A stretch of DNA of 63,437 nt, counting the filler, from Octopus bimaculoides (Eukaryota): the NCBI RefSeq assembly GCF_001194135.2. It is 7 parts of 6 records of this genome, joined end to end, with 100 filler letters (N's around TTAATTAATTAA, not from the genome) between each part and the next. Parts side by side here need not be neighbours in the genome. Positions count along the whole stretch, not along the records: positions 15,519 to 27,878 come from NC_068985.1; positions 27,979 to 59,537 come from NC_068983.1; 5 more parts are not named here. One strand, written 5' to 3'. Each line of letters opens with the position of its first letter. Position 1 is the first letter of the stretch. A program made the position numbers and the translations under genes. Positions 25,441 through 37,463 of this stretch are shown here, one piece after another. A model generated the notes under the pieces. It ran no database searches. It was not told the origin of the DNA and was given only the letters and a program-made list of their open reading frames with translations.

Positions 25441-25510
25441 TATAAATAAACGCCTTCGCTCCACAGTGAATCAGTTGCTGACAGAACGCTAAGAAGAAGT
25501 GATGGTAATT
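25441..25510 (+). promoter_or_regulatory. Candidate TATA + Inr core promoter with a short first exon ending in ATG|GT
   Basis: TATAAATA at 25441, TCAGTT at 25471, ATG at 25502 directly followed by GTAATT. Non-repeat, CpG-containing context. Confidence 0.35.
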
Positions 25511-25996
25511 GCAAACCGTTTGTGGTAAAAAGAGAAAGCATTATTGAACAAAAACACTATATTTCTACTTATATAAAAGCGGTGTTATTTGGAACTTGCA
25601 TGAATTTATTTCCTTGTATACACAATAACTCAGAAATCATTTTAACTTCATAAACGTCATCCTGTCTTGAAATGATATTCAAGTCTTTCCTGCTAAAAGG
25701 AAAAGAGAACTTTGGCCTGTATACAGTTGCACAACTATCTAACAAGTTTTATTCTTTTTGTCATATACGATGAAAGATTGTGCATCGAATTTCACAAACT
25801 GTATTTTAGTTGACATGTATTTTCTCCTATAACAAACTAAATTATATTTTCTGCCATTCATTATTTGGTAAAACACTTCCATTATATTTCTTGTATGTTC
25901 TGTCAGGACGGACGTCGGGTCAGTTATAATCTCTATTTTAAAACGATAGCAAGAACAGCAAAAACAACAGCAATAATAATAATAATTCTTTTTAAT

Positions 25997-26265
25997 ATAG
26001 ACACAAGGCCAGCAATTGTGAGAGTATGGAGTGAGGAAATCGATTATATCAACCTCGATTGCATAGACACAAGGCCAGTAATTTTGAGAGTATCGGGTGG
26101 AGAAATTGATTATATCAACCTCAATACTTAACTGTAACTAATTTCATCCCTCCAAAAGGATAAACTGACTTCGGCGTAAATTGAACTCAGAACATAAAGG
26201 GCTAATGGAAATGCCGCGAAACATTCTATTCGTCGCGCGAACGATTCTGCCAGCTCACCGACTTA
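25997..26265 (-). mobile_element. SINE family B (diverged) with a ~66-bp tandem duplication of its tail
   Basis: atagacacaaggccag..gattatatcaacctc occurs twice, then aattgaactcagaac..aacgattctgccagctcacc. Confidence 0.75.
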
Positions 26266-26949
26266 ACCAATTATCATCCAAATGTTTTTTATTCATATCT
26301 TGTAAAAGAATATATAGTATTTAAATTTTCTTCATATGTAAATTATTTTGGAAAGAATGATAAATTTTTCGAAACATCCCAAATAGGGATCGCTGAAAAA
26401 AGGCATATTTATCCTTTTCTATTCAATTGCAATAATAAACATTATAGGTTTTTTTAAAACTACAGTATCAAATGACAAGGTGTTTGAAATTTTGATAAAT
26501 GATATAGATGGGAAATGCAAAAAAAAGAAAAAAAAAAGATTCATAACAGTCAATATTTTTGTAGTTCAAAAATTGCGGTCTACGACATAAAATGACTTCT
26601 AGCATTAACCAGAGCTAATAATGACAATCTCTAACAACCAAATATTCTGATACACACTTCTGCAAATGCAATAAACAAATGGGGTGCATGGTAGGCAATG
26701 AGTTAATAAATAGAGGATTTTTTCCTTTTGGCCGGCACATAGAAAAAATAATTTTTTGTAACTAAACACTTTCAAATTTCGTATACTGGTAGAATGTGTC
26801 ATTTAAAATATCATTTACTCTTGGCGTTTTTAAGAAAATTCTTTATTTTCGAAGTTATTTCGTGTTAAAGTTGAAGTATTTCGGTAATTTCAACCAATAA
26901 ATGACGTCTATTGAGGTCAAAACAATTACTGCTGTGGTTTGTCAACAAG

Positions 26950-27232
26950 ACGTTCTTCAGACGATATGCCACTAAGCATTTCACCCGGCGTGCTAACGTT
27001 ACTTATTTCTTTATTGCCAACAAGGGCCTACACACAGAGGAGACAAACAAGGACAGACGAACGGATTAAGTCCATTATATCGACCCCAGTGCGTAACTGG
27101 TACATATTTAATCGACCGCGAAAGGATGAGAAGCATAGTCGACCTCGGCGGAATTTGAACTCTGAATGTAGCGGCAGACGAAATACGCTAAGCATTTCGC
27201 CCGGCGTGCTAACATTTCTGCCAGCTCGCCGC
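26950..27232 (-). mobile_element. SINE family B, alternative tail, followed by a partial head copy
   Basis: Full head-to-tail copy at 27001-27230 (tail ttgtgggcaataaagaaataa type) abutting gcatttcacccggcgtgctaacg. Confidence 0.85.
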
Positions 27233-27379
27233 CTTCAGCAAAGTACTAAATAATACTGGTGGATATTTTAGGAGCCACATATGGTTTCAGAATAATGTTC
27301 GCTTTTTTTGCATTGCTGATATATAAGCATTTATTCTATTATTCTTTCATTCTTTTCCTTCAGTTCTATATTATTATAT

Positions 27380-27480
27380 ACATTGTTTACATTATTTACA
27401 TTTGACGGATGTTTGTCCTCATCTTGTTTGTTGTTAACAAAACGTTTCGGCTGATACACTCTCCAGCCTTTATCAGGCAG
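27380..27480 (-). mobile_element. Penelope-like terminal fragment with a degenerate hammerhead core
   Basis: Minus strand CTGATAA-a-ggctg(gagagtgtat)cagcc-GAAA-cgtt. Confidence 0.55.
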
Positions 27481-27483
27481 TAA

Positions 27484-27515
<32 letters not shown>

Positions 27516-27518
<3 letters not shown>

Positions 27519-27878
27519 GATAGACGCAAATAGGCCAGACATCATACTGAAAGACTTCAGACAAAAATCATGTCTCCTCATTGATATGACTGTCCCAATT
27601 GATATAAACGTATCTGTCAAGACCTACCAAAAACTGAGCAAATATAAAGATCTTGAAATAGAAATGAGCAAAATGTGGAATCTGAAGACGAAAACAATAC
27701 CTATTGTCATAGGTGCCCTGGGAATGACAGCGAAACGGGCTGATTACTACCTAGCTCAGATACCAGGAAACCCCAAAATGGCTGAAGTTCAAAAGATAGT
27801 GCTCATGGGAACTGCCCATATCCTACGTAAAATACTGTCTATGTGATCTCAAATTTTAAAGCAAACACATAATTTTCT
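27516..27878 (+). mobile_element. 5'-truncated R4/Dong-like LINE with an uninterrupted REL C-terminus
   Basis: 27517-27846: KIDANRPDIILKDFRQKSCLLIDMTVPID..KYKDLEIEMSKMWNLKTKTIPIVIGALG..VQKIVLMGTAHILRKILSM*. Starts directly after (TAA)n at 27488-27515. Confidence 0.92.
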
Positions 27879-27978
27879 NNNNNNNNNNNNNNNNNNNNNN
27901 NNNNNNNNNNNNNNNNNNNNNNTTAATTAATTAANNNNNNNNNNNNNNNNNNNNNNNNNNNNNNNNNNNNNNNNNNNN

Positions 27979-28526
27979 TGGTCAAGCAAATAATGGTCGT
28001 TTTGTATTGAAAGAATTCTGAAGGGGCTTTATTTTTAGACTGGGGTCAAACGGTCGAATCTATTCAACCACGTTTTAAGTCTTTAGCAACACCAATTACA
28101 AAGAACTTGGGAGTGGTACTAAAAGATGGAGAGAAGTATTGACAGGCAGAAACTGGGTGGGAGCTGTCTTCAATAATTCAAGTAATGCTATATGTTCAAA
28201 ATTAACCATACATGCTGGTTTTGTTGTTGTTATTGTTGCTGCTACTGTTGTTATTGTCACTTACTTTTTGTATTTTGATGCTACTTGCCTTCAGAACTCC
28301 CTAGGAAATTTTATGCTAGCTTCATCACTTTTATTTATTTATACATTTATTTTTTTCTTTGTTTTGAAATGAGATCAAACTTCAGCATTTTATACCGATA
28401 GATTTTAGACACTTTTTTTCTGCAACTGGTAAGATTATGTAGGGGGTGCAAATTTTGATCTTGCACCCCCTGAAAATTCTAGGGGGTGCGGGTGCACCTG
28501 CTGCACCCCCTGTTCCCAGGCCCTTG
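27979..28526 (+). repeat. Inverted repeat copy A (partner 58122-58693), with a hAT-like GC-rich end
   Basis: Aligns in reverse complement to 58122-58693 at roughly 90% by eye. Ends tgcaccccctgttcccaggcccttg. Left end lost in a gap. Confidence 0.9.
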
Positions 28527-30162
28527 AGTGGTATACGTTATTCCTGAGATCAGCCTTCAGGAGGTGCAAGAGTAGTTTGATATGGGTAACTTTCCTTCAA
28601 GATGCTAGCAAAGTAAACAAACTACAGGCCCATAAGCATATTCACTAAGCAATTCTGATTATTTAGAATAATAGTTAAGCGGGTAAATATTTACTCTTTC
28701 AACTATCATTGGACAAGTAGCCAAGATGCCAGCTTTACTCACAACAGCTGAATCTACCTAGGTTTAAGTAAACAGGAGAAATGTAGGCCATAAAGATTAA
28801 GTAAATGGGATATTCATCTACTAGTTCTTGTATATTATTGCGTATATAGTCAGTACACTTCATCTTATATGTTTCTGTTCACCTACCACTTGGAAATAAG
28901 TGCCAGATCATCCAGGAGTTTTATCTATGATATATTAATGTCCATTTAATAGTGAGGTTTGCCTCTCATCCAATCAACACTATGCTTCCAGAGTTCAGTG
29001 TTGATCCTTAAAAACCCATGAGGATTTAAATATTTACATTCAGATTTTAGTCTTTCATACTTGGAGATAGTTTTAAACTAAAAATAAGACTGTATCAAAA
29101 ACTGAATTTGTCAGAATGTAAGTTGTTTTTTTAGGTGTTTAACTGCTTCCTTACAGTCTGCATTCATACTCAACTAGAACTGTGTAAAGAGCTACATTGT
29201 AACAACATATCATATTAAAAAGAATTTTTCACCCAAATAAACAGGACACAGAAATTTAAATGATTTTTAAATAACTGATTTAAACAATTATCTTAAGGCA
29301 AATGTCTAAACCAGTTCCTTTGTATGATGTCTCATGCATATTGTATAACTTAAAGATATAAATGCCAACCATATATGACATTGCAGGATTAGCTTACTAT
29401 GTGGCTTTAAACATTTCCAGACAATTCATTTTGTAAAGCTCTCTCCTTCCATTGGAGCTATGTATTAAAGCTAATATAGAATAGCTACTACACTATTTTT
29501 ATAGAGACTCACTTATTTTCTAAAATATCTTCTTATAATTCATCAGAACTTAATCAACCTTTCTACCTTTCAGTCTTTCCAAAATCTTCTCTTGTTCTCT
29601 CTCTAAGTCTCTAGTCACTTTACTAGCAAAAAATAGCAACCAAATCTCCCTTAAATCACACTCTACAATCTTTAATAAGGAAAGGGCACATCGGATCACA
29701 AACTCCTAGTTAACCCCCAAAAAATGGAGTAATCACAGCTGGAATGCCATTGAAGATAGATCTGATCAATTGGAGCTAAATAACAACAGTATATCTTCTT
29801 TTTTATTATTGCTTAGTCAAAAGAGAAAGAACAGCAGCGATCATCTTTGCAAGACCTGTGAAACTTACCAGAGGAATAGAGGAAGAAAACATAACTCACA
29901 AGCGGTTGCTGTTGTGGTCAGCCCTGAGTAGGTCTACAATTAAAGGCATTCCACCTATGGCTAACATTTTTTGGGGTATTGTGTTCTGTGGGATACACCA
30001 TTCAATGTATTCGGTTGTGTTTTTTTTTTAAAGATAACAAGATGGGATATCAGGGAAATTTAACTACTGTTTATGATAGGTTGAGCAACTACATAGAGGT
30101 TGTTCCTGCAATAGGAATGTATTGAATAATCTTCAGACAAGAGACCTGCACTAAATACTTAA

Positions 30163-30361
30163 CCCTTCAGCGTTCAGATTATTTGCCTTGTTTTGAATTT
30201 ATCATGCTTTATTTTGTACCTTTGAAATTTCAACAATGTGATTGCTTTTTTTTTTTACAATGACATTGTTAGGTAATTATGAGAGGCCAGATCTGGCCTG
30301 TGTGAACATAAAACAGGTAGAAGATTTTGGGTCAGATATAGCCAATTTAAATGCTAAAGAG
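30163..30361. mobile_element. piggyBac-type MITE (family 1)
   Basis: TTAA|cccttcagcgtt ... aatgctaaagag|TTAA. Homolog at 42256-42472. Confidence 0.8.
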
Positions 30362-31031
30362 TTAAGTTACTCAAATTCCAGGATAGTGATGCCAAACTAG
30401 ACAGCAGATTAAAAGTCAAATAACCAGTGGATATTGCAGAGTGTCCATCTGTTAAATGTGATTCATAAGGCTTTAATCAACCCACTGAAATAAAAGATAC
30501 TTGATTAGGGTGCAATGCAGTGGATTTAAACTTGGAACCACACATTTGAAAAATGAACCTCCAAACTACACAGCCAGGAATATTTTATGAAATAACACAA
30601 AAAAAAATTATCTCCAAATAAATCAAGTGTATTTTTTGACAAGAAACTGTTACAGTTGGAATAATCTTTAATCTTTTACACGATTCTCTTATCTTTTATA
30701 GAATCCAGTTTCATTAACAAGTATTTTATTGTTAATAAATAATTTTTTTTTAAATTTGTATCTTTTTTCAACAAAGTGCTTATTCAAAGACAGATAAATC
30801 TTTACTTTTCCACTCTACCAAAAAAACAAGAAATAACATTCACAACTGCATTGCAAAATCTTCATACAGGTAATAATAGTTTCCAAAAATATTGGAATAA
30901 TAAATCTTTGTCTTGACCCAGACACAATATAAAAGCAGTTGCTGACCAAGTTACCTGAATAATCATTGGAACACTAATAAATTTAAATCACATTTTTTCC
31001 AAGCTAATTTCAACCCCACCTCCTGCCCCCA

Positions 31032-31074
<43 letters not shown>

Positions 31075-31626
31075 ATCTATTTATCCTCCTACATTTTTGC
31101 CTGTCTGTCTCTTTCTCTCCCACTATCTCATATTTTCTCTTTATTAATTTCACCCTTATCTTCCCTTACATCTCCCTCTCTCACACCCATTTCATTATCA
31201 AAACATCTCAAATTATTGTAATTTCTAAATCAGTAAACTCATTTCTTTGAGCTCTCCAAGACAACAGAAAAAAAGTCAGACAAGAGATGCTTTACCAAAA
31301 AAAATATATAAATGAAAACAAAGAATAAATAAATTTTCAAAAAAATTTCTTTTAAATAACCACTAAATGAAAAGAATTATAAATTATTTATTTTGGGTNN
31401 NNNNNNNNNNNNNNNNNNNNNNNNNNNNNNNNNNNNNNNNNNNNNNNNNNNNNNNNNNNNNNNNNNNNNNNNNNNNNNNNNNNNNNNNNNNNNNNNNNNN
31501 NNNNNNNNNNNNNNNNNNNNNNNNNNNNNNNNNNNNNNNNNNNNNNNNNNNNNNNNNNNNNNNNNNNNNNNNNNNNNNNNNNNNNNNNNNNNNNNNNNNN
31601 NNNNNNNNNNNNNNNNNNNNNNNNNN

Positions 31627-32090
31627 GTAGTGGGTGCTTTTACGTTCCACCGGCACGAGGGCCAGTCAGGTGGTACTGGCAACAGCCATGCTCAAATGGT
31701 GTTTTTTACATGCTACCTGCACAGGAGCCAGTCCAGCGGCACTGGCAATGATCTCGCTCAAATGTTCTTTCATGTGCCACCGGCACAAGTGCCAGTAAGG
31801 CGACGCTGGTAATGATCACACTCAAATGGTGCTATTTATGTGCCACCGGCATGGAAGCCAGACAGCTGCTCTGGCAATGATCACACTCAAACGGTGCTCT
31901 TAGTGCTCTACTGGCACGGGTGCCAGTCATCGAATTTGGTTCAATTATGATTTCGATTTCACTTGCCCTAACAGGTCTTTGCAAGAAGAGTTTAGTGTCC
32001 AATGAAGGAAAGGTACGTATAAGTGGGCTGGCTACACCCCTGGCAAAAGCCACGAGTTATGGTCTCACTTGGCTTGCCGAGTCTTCTCAC
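31627..32090 (+). repeat. Interspersed element with about 5 diverged ~63-bp tandem units
   Basis: Units of the form ttt..gtgccaccggcac..gccag..ctggcaatgatcacgctcaaatgg at 31638-31930. Confidence 0.8.
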
Positions 32091-33199
32091 ATACATATAT
32101 ATATACATACACACATACATGTGTACATATATATATATTTATATATATTTCAAATAATCATATCATCATCATCATCGTTTAACGTCCACTTTCCATGCTA
32201 GCATGGGTTGGACGATTTGACTGAGGACTGGTGAACCAGGTGGCTACACCATATATTTATATATTCCAAATACTTATAACAAATACGAAGACTGGTACAT
32301 CATCAAATTTCTCTTTCAATTTTACATTTTGTCATACAGCATAATTTGTTGGCTAAATTGACCTACACATGTTTTGCTGCACAGAGTATGTGCAGTTGCA
32401 CATGCAATTGCTCATAATTTTCTGTGCACTTTCATTCAGGATCCTTCAAAAAGCAATCATCAACGCTAATTACTACTTGATGTGGTGAACCAAAATCTGG
32501 AATATACCTAAGAGCTACTACAATAACAACCTGGATAATTTATCCCTTTAAACTCACCCTGTATTAATATGAATATATATATAAGGTTAGCTGAGTTAGA
32601 AGTTAAAATAACTGTCTAAGGGATAGAAGTATCCATTATACTACTTGTATATTACCTATGTTTAACTATGGGCATACATATGCAAGCATATTATGCTTAT
32701 AAATTATAGGTAAAGACAAGGATAAACATGAGTTTATCAAGAATCAAAATTTAAAGCAAACAGAAAATGGAGAAAATGGAGAAATAATAATTGATGGGAG
32801 TCAAATATTTCTCCAGTTTCTTTTTTCTTTATATGTGTGTGTGTGTGTGTCATTATCATCATCATCATCATAGATTTAATAAAATATACTAGGAACATCC
32901 CTTACATAATAGCAGAACTAAGAATGGAAACATAATTGGGATTAGCCAATGCTACAACATGAAAGCAGCCATCAGTAATTATTTCACAGCTACACAAAAA
33001 TACCACAAGCTTTTTAACAGGATCAATGTTAAGATTAGATGTAGCTGTCTGGATACCATTTCTTCTCAGACCTCAAATGACATTCTAAGACTTGCATCAA
33101 GTTAACCTCATTGTTTCATCTATAAAGCAAAGTTGCTACTGAGATTTGTCTATTTCAAGAGCCTAACTCTCTAAGTCAGTGACATAAAATAAATAAATA

Positions 33200-33531
33200 A
33201 AGACCCTTCAGTCACAAATGACCAAAGGATGCACCTAGAAAGTTTCCCCTCCAAGGGACAAGTTTGCGCAAGGTTATTTGTGAAAGACCAGCAGTCACCT
33301 ATGCATACCAGTCTCCCCTCTCCACACCACTGAGGCTGTCCAAAGAAAAGACAAAGGCCAATACAGCTTGGTACCAGTGATGTTGCAACTCATTTCTACA
33401 GCTGAGTGAACTGGAGCAACATGAAATAGTGTCTTTCTCAAGAACACAACTCACAGCCTGGTCCAGGAATCAAACTCACAATGTGATGATTGTAAGCTTG
33501 ATACGCTAACCACTGAGCTAGGTGCTTCCAC
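33200..33531 (-). mobile_element. tRNA-derived SINE, family D (CORE-like central domain)
   Basis: Minus head tggaagcacctagctcagtggttagcgtatc..gagtttgattcctggacc, then gttgtgttcttgagaaagacact..gttgctccagttcactcagc. Confidence 0.7.
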
Positions 33532-33657
33532 AACTCAGTGACATACAGAGTGAATATATCACTTATTAATGGAATGAGACATAGAGATGATACCTTTAAA
33601 ATCAAATATAACTAGTATGTACATAATTCAGGTCTACAGACGAAACTAATTCTACCC

Positions 33658-33709
<52 letters not shown>

Positions 33710-33859
33710 TTCTCTTTCTCTCTCTCTCTTTCTCTCCCTCTCTCTCTCTCTGGAAATTATGGGGCAGTAAAATCAAAAACATTCCTGTAATCTGAGATAT
33801 CATGAGCAAGAGACACTTGTACTTTACATTGTGTGTCTCCAAGAAATTCCATATCTTAA

Positions 33860-34080
33860 CCCTTTCGTTACCAACTTGGCTGAAACCAGCTCTGGCTCTG
33901 TAGTACAAATGTCTTGTTTTCATATGTTTTGAATTAAAATCTTCCATCAAACCTTAGTCACAATTAATACTCCTAACACTAGCTTAATGATAACTAAGTT
34001 ATTTTACTAAATTCTTTGTTATATTTAAAATAACTGAGAGAAAAACAGAGCATCTCAAAATAAATACAGTAACGAAAGGG
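33860..34080. mobile_element. piggyBac-type MITE (family 2)
   Basis: TTAA|ccctttcgttac ... gtaacgaaaggg|TTAC. Perfect 12-bp TIR. Confidence 0.85.
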
Positions 34081-34295
34081 TTACTCAGATTACCAAGAGT
34101 GCTGAGTGATATTTCCTTTTCCTTTTGGCCACACATCAAAATTTAGTTATAGTAACTCAAAGAAGATGTGTTCACTAAAGCTGCTAGAAATAATAACTAA
34201 ATCTCAAATCACACCATGCTGTCCCACAACAAATTGAATAATGACAAGATTGTGGTATTATACAGATTCTATTATACAATATTTAATTGTCATTT

Positions 34296-34356
<61 letters not shown>

Positions 34357-34916
34357 NNNNNNNNNNNNNNNNNNNNNNNNNNNNNNNNNNNNNNNNNNNN
34401 NNNNNNNNNNNNNNNNNNNNNNNNNNNNNNNNNNNNNNNNNNNNNNNNNNNNNNNNNNNNNNNNNNNNNNNNNNNNNNNNNNNNNNNNNNNNNNNNNNNN
34501 NNNNNNNNNNNNNNNNNNNNNNNNNNNNNNNNNNNNNNNNNNNNNNNNNNNNNNNNNNNNNNNNNNNNNNNNNNNNNNNNNNNNNNNNNNNNNNNNNNNN
34601 NNNNNNNNNNNNNNNNNNNNNNNNNNNNNNNNNNNNNNNNNNNNNNNNNNNNNNNNNNNNNNNNNNNNNNNNNNNNNNNNNNNNNNNNNNNNNNNNNNNN
34701 NNNNNNNNNNNNNNNNNNNNNNNNNNNNNNNNNNNNNNNNNNNNNNNNNNNNNNNNNNNNNNNNNNNNNNNNNNNNNNNNNNNNNNNNNNNNNNNNNNNN
34801 NNNNNNNNNNNNNNNNNNNNNNNNNNNNNNNNNNNNNNNNNNNNNNNNNNNNNNNNNNNNNNNNNNNNNNNNNNNNNNNNNNNNNNNNNNNNNNNNNNNN
34901 NNNNNNNNNNNNNNAT

Positions 34917-35276
34917 GACGTTGAGGGTTCCAGTTGATCTGATCAACAGAACAGCCTGCTCGTGAAATTAAAGTGCAAGTGGCTGAGCACTCCACAGACA
35001 CGTGTATCCTTAACATAGTTCTCGGGGATATTCAGCGTGACACAATGTAACAAGGGTGACCCTTTGAATTACAGGCACAACAGAAACAGGAAGTAAGAGT
35101 GAGAGAAAGTTGTGGTGGAAGAGTACAGCAGGGTTCGCCACCATCCCCCGTCGGAGCCTCGTGGAGCTTTAGGTGTTTTTGCTCAATAAACACTCACAAT
35201 GCCCGGTCTGGGAATCGAAACCACGATCCTATGACCGCGAGTCCACTGCCCTAACCACTGGGCCATTGCGCCTCCA
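34917..35276 (-). mobile_element. tRNA-derived SINE, family C
   Basis: Reverse complement of 2282-2638. Many CpGs retained. Confidence 0.92.
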
Positions 35277-35394
35277 CAGGTCTTGACATAACCATCTTTC
35301 AATCAACAGGCACTATTACACTTCTTTCCATTATATTCTTCGTTCCTGTTGTGATTTAGATAAGAACAAGCTTGGACCATAATGACCTGTCCAA

Positions 35395-35655
35395 CATGGA
35401 ATGATGATGATGATGAAGACAACAATCATGTAACAAAGATCACACACTGTTGATGACACTGACATCAACGCCTGTACCAAAGACACTGACAGTGGTGGTG
35501 GCGACAGTGGTGACGGTTGTGATGGAGATGACAGTGGCAGTGGCAGTGATAGCGATGATGGCGTAACATCAGCAGCAATGGCTACAACAATGGCAACAGC
35601 AACAGCCACAGCAATGATGGTGATGACAATGACAATGAAAATGATGAGGATAACA
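35395..35655. repeat. Degenerate trinucleotide low-complexity tract (GAT/GAC/GGT/GCA)
   Basis: Periodic gatgatgat, gacagtggt, agcagcaat, gacaatgac. Confidence 0.8.
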
Positions 35656-35917
35656 TGGTTAAGAAGTTCCTTCTTCAAATCCAGCTGAAGGTATTTTTAA
35701 AATGATTTGCCATTAGGCAATTAGATCCCATTGCATCTAACAGCAATAAAATATAGAAATATTAAAATTAGATATAATTACTGGGACATGACCCAAGAAA
35801 ATTCCAAATCCCACTCTTTAGTGGTCCAACAGTATTAATAAGAAATATCCAAGTTGTAAATATATTCTTCACTTATAGAATGGAGTAAAAATAGAAAAGC
35901 TAGTTTTCATAAATCCC

Positions 35918-36077
35918 ACATATGGCTGTGTGGTTAGGAAGTCCACTTCCTAATCTTGTTATTCTGAGTTCAATCTCATTGTGCAATATTTTTAGCAAAG
36001 TGTCTTCTACCGTAGACTTGGTTTGATCAATACCTTCTGAGTGAAATTTGATAGACAGAAATTGTGCAGAAGCCCAT

Positions 36078-36085
<8 letters not shown>
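35918..36085 (+). mobile_element. SINE family A head, CpG-decayed
   Basis: atggctgtgtggttaggaag..tctgagttcaatc..aagtgtcttctac..gagtgaaatttgatagac..gaagcccatcatgtgtg. Confidence 0.7.
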
Positions 36086-36129
<44 letters not shown>

Positions 36130-36133
36130 CATA

Positions 36134-36366
36134 CAGGAATGGCCAAAAGTCACCTGACAGTAAGTCAAAACTATTTATTCCAAGATTTATTTTTGTTTAA
36201 CAGCTGAATGAATTTAATAAAAGCATCTAAATATAAAACATTATGAAAATTGTTCAAACTGAAATCCTTCTTGAGCGACACCATTTTTCCAAATGAATAA
36301 ATAAAATTGAATATCAAGTATTTATAGAATTTTGATTTACTGTCGGTTGACTTTTGGCCAACCCTA
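36134..36366. mobile_element. Tc1/mariner MITE
   Basis: TA|caggaatggccaaaagtcacctgacagtaa ... ttactgtcggttgacttttggccaacccta|TA. Confidence 0.85.
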
Positions 36367-37074
36367 TATATACATCCATGTAAGTATATGTACATATATA
36401 AACACACACAAATACATACATGTGTGTACATGTGTGTCTGTGTGTGTGTGTGTGTCAAAACGGGAAGCAAACCAGTATATCTAGACAGAAATACCTTTTG
36501 GTATTTATACCCGACTTAGTTATCCTTATATCAATGTTCCTTTTGTATTTTCTGTTTTGAAAGAATGATGAAATAAATATCAGACATATACTGGAAGTTA
36601 TATAATCACAAAATTCCTTGAACACTAAGTCCCAGCTTCACTGCAGTTTAATGTCTAAAATCAATAACAGAAAAATAAAAATTAAAAAAAACCGTTATTT
36701 TATCATTTTTATAAGAATGATTCTAATATTCTTTCACACCTATCAACATAATTTTTGTAAAATTTTCTGGGACATGTTTTAAAATTTTTGTTGTCCTTTA
36801 ATTGAAGGCAGAAGGGTTGTGCCCACGATTTTCTCCAGGGCTTTCAAGACGAGTGAGAAGAAGGAATGAATATATTTCAGATTAAAGACCTAATTGAATA
36901 CTTGCAATAGAGTGGTCTCTGTTAGAGGCATCCAAGGGTCAAGAGGTGGTTTTATACTAAGTGAAGTATTCCACCCAAGTGAAAAAATGGGTTTTTTTAT
37001 TGGTTTTCACGCGGATTCTGTCTACTAAATTTCACTCACAAGGTTTTGATGAATCTAAGGCTATACTCTTTTAC

Positions 37075-37463
37075 TCTTTTACTTGTTTCAGTCATTTGAC
37101 TGTGGCCATGCTGGAGCATCACCTTTAGTCGAGCAAGTCGACCCCAGGACTTATTCTTTGGAAGCCTGTACTTATTCTATCGGTTTCTTATGCCAAACCG
37201 CTAAGTTACGAGGACGTAAACACACCAGCATCGGTTGTCAAATGATGTTGGGAGGACAAACACAAACACACAAACACACATACATATATACATATATACG
37301 ACGGGCTTCTTTCAGTTTCCGTCTACCAAATCCACTCACAAGGCTTTGGTTGGCCTGAGGCTATAGTAGAAGACACTTGCCCAAGGTGCCATGCAGTGGG
37401 ACTGAATCCGGAACCATGTGGTTGGTAAGCAAGCTACTTACCACACAGCCACTCCTACGCCTA
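37075..37463 (-). mobile_element. SINE family A, full length
   Basis: Same head and tail as 1738-2163 and 3047-3420. A second decayed head follows at ~37463-37560. Confidence 0.9.
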
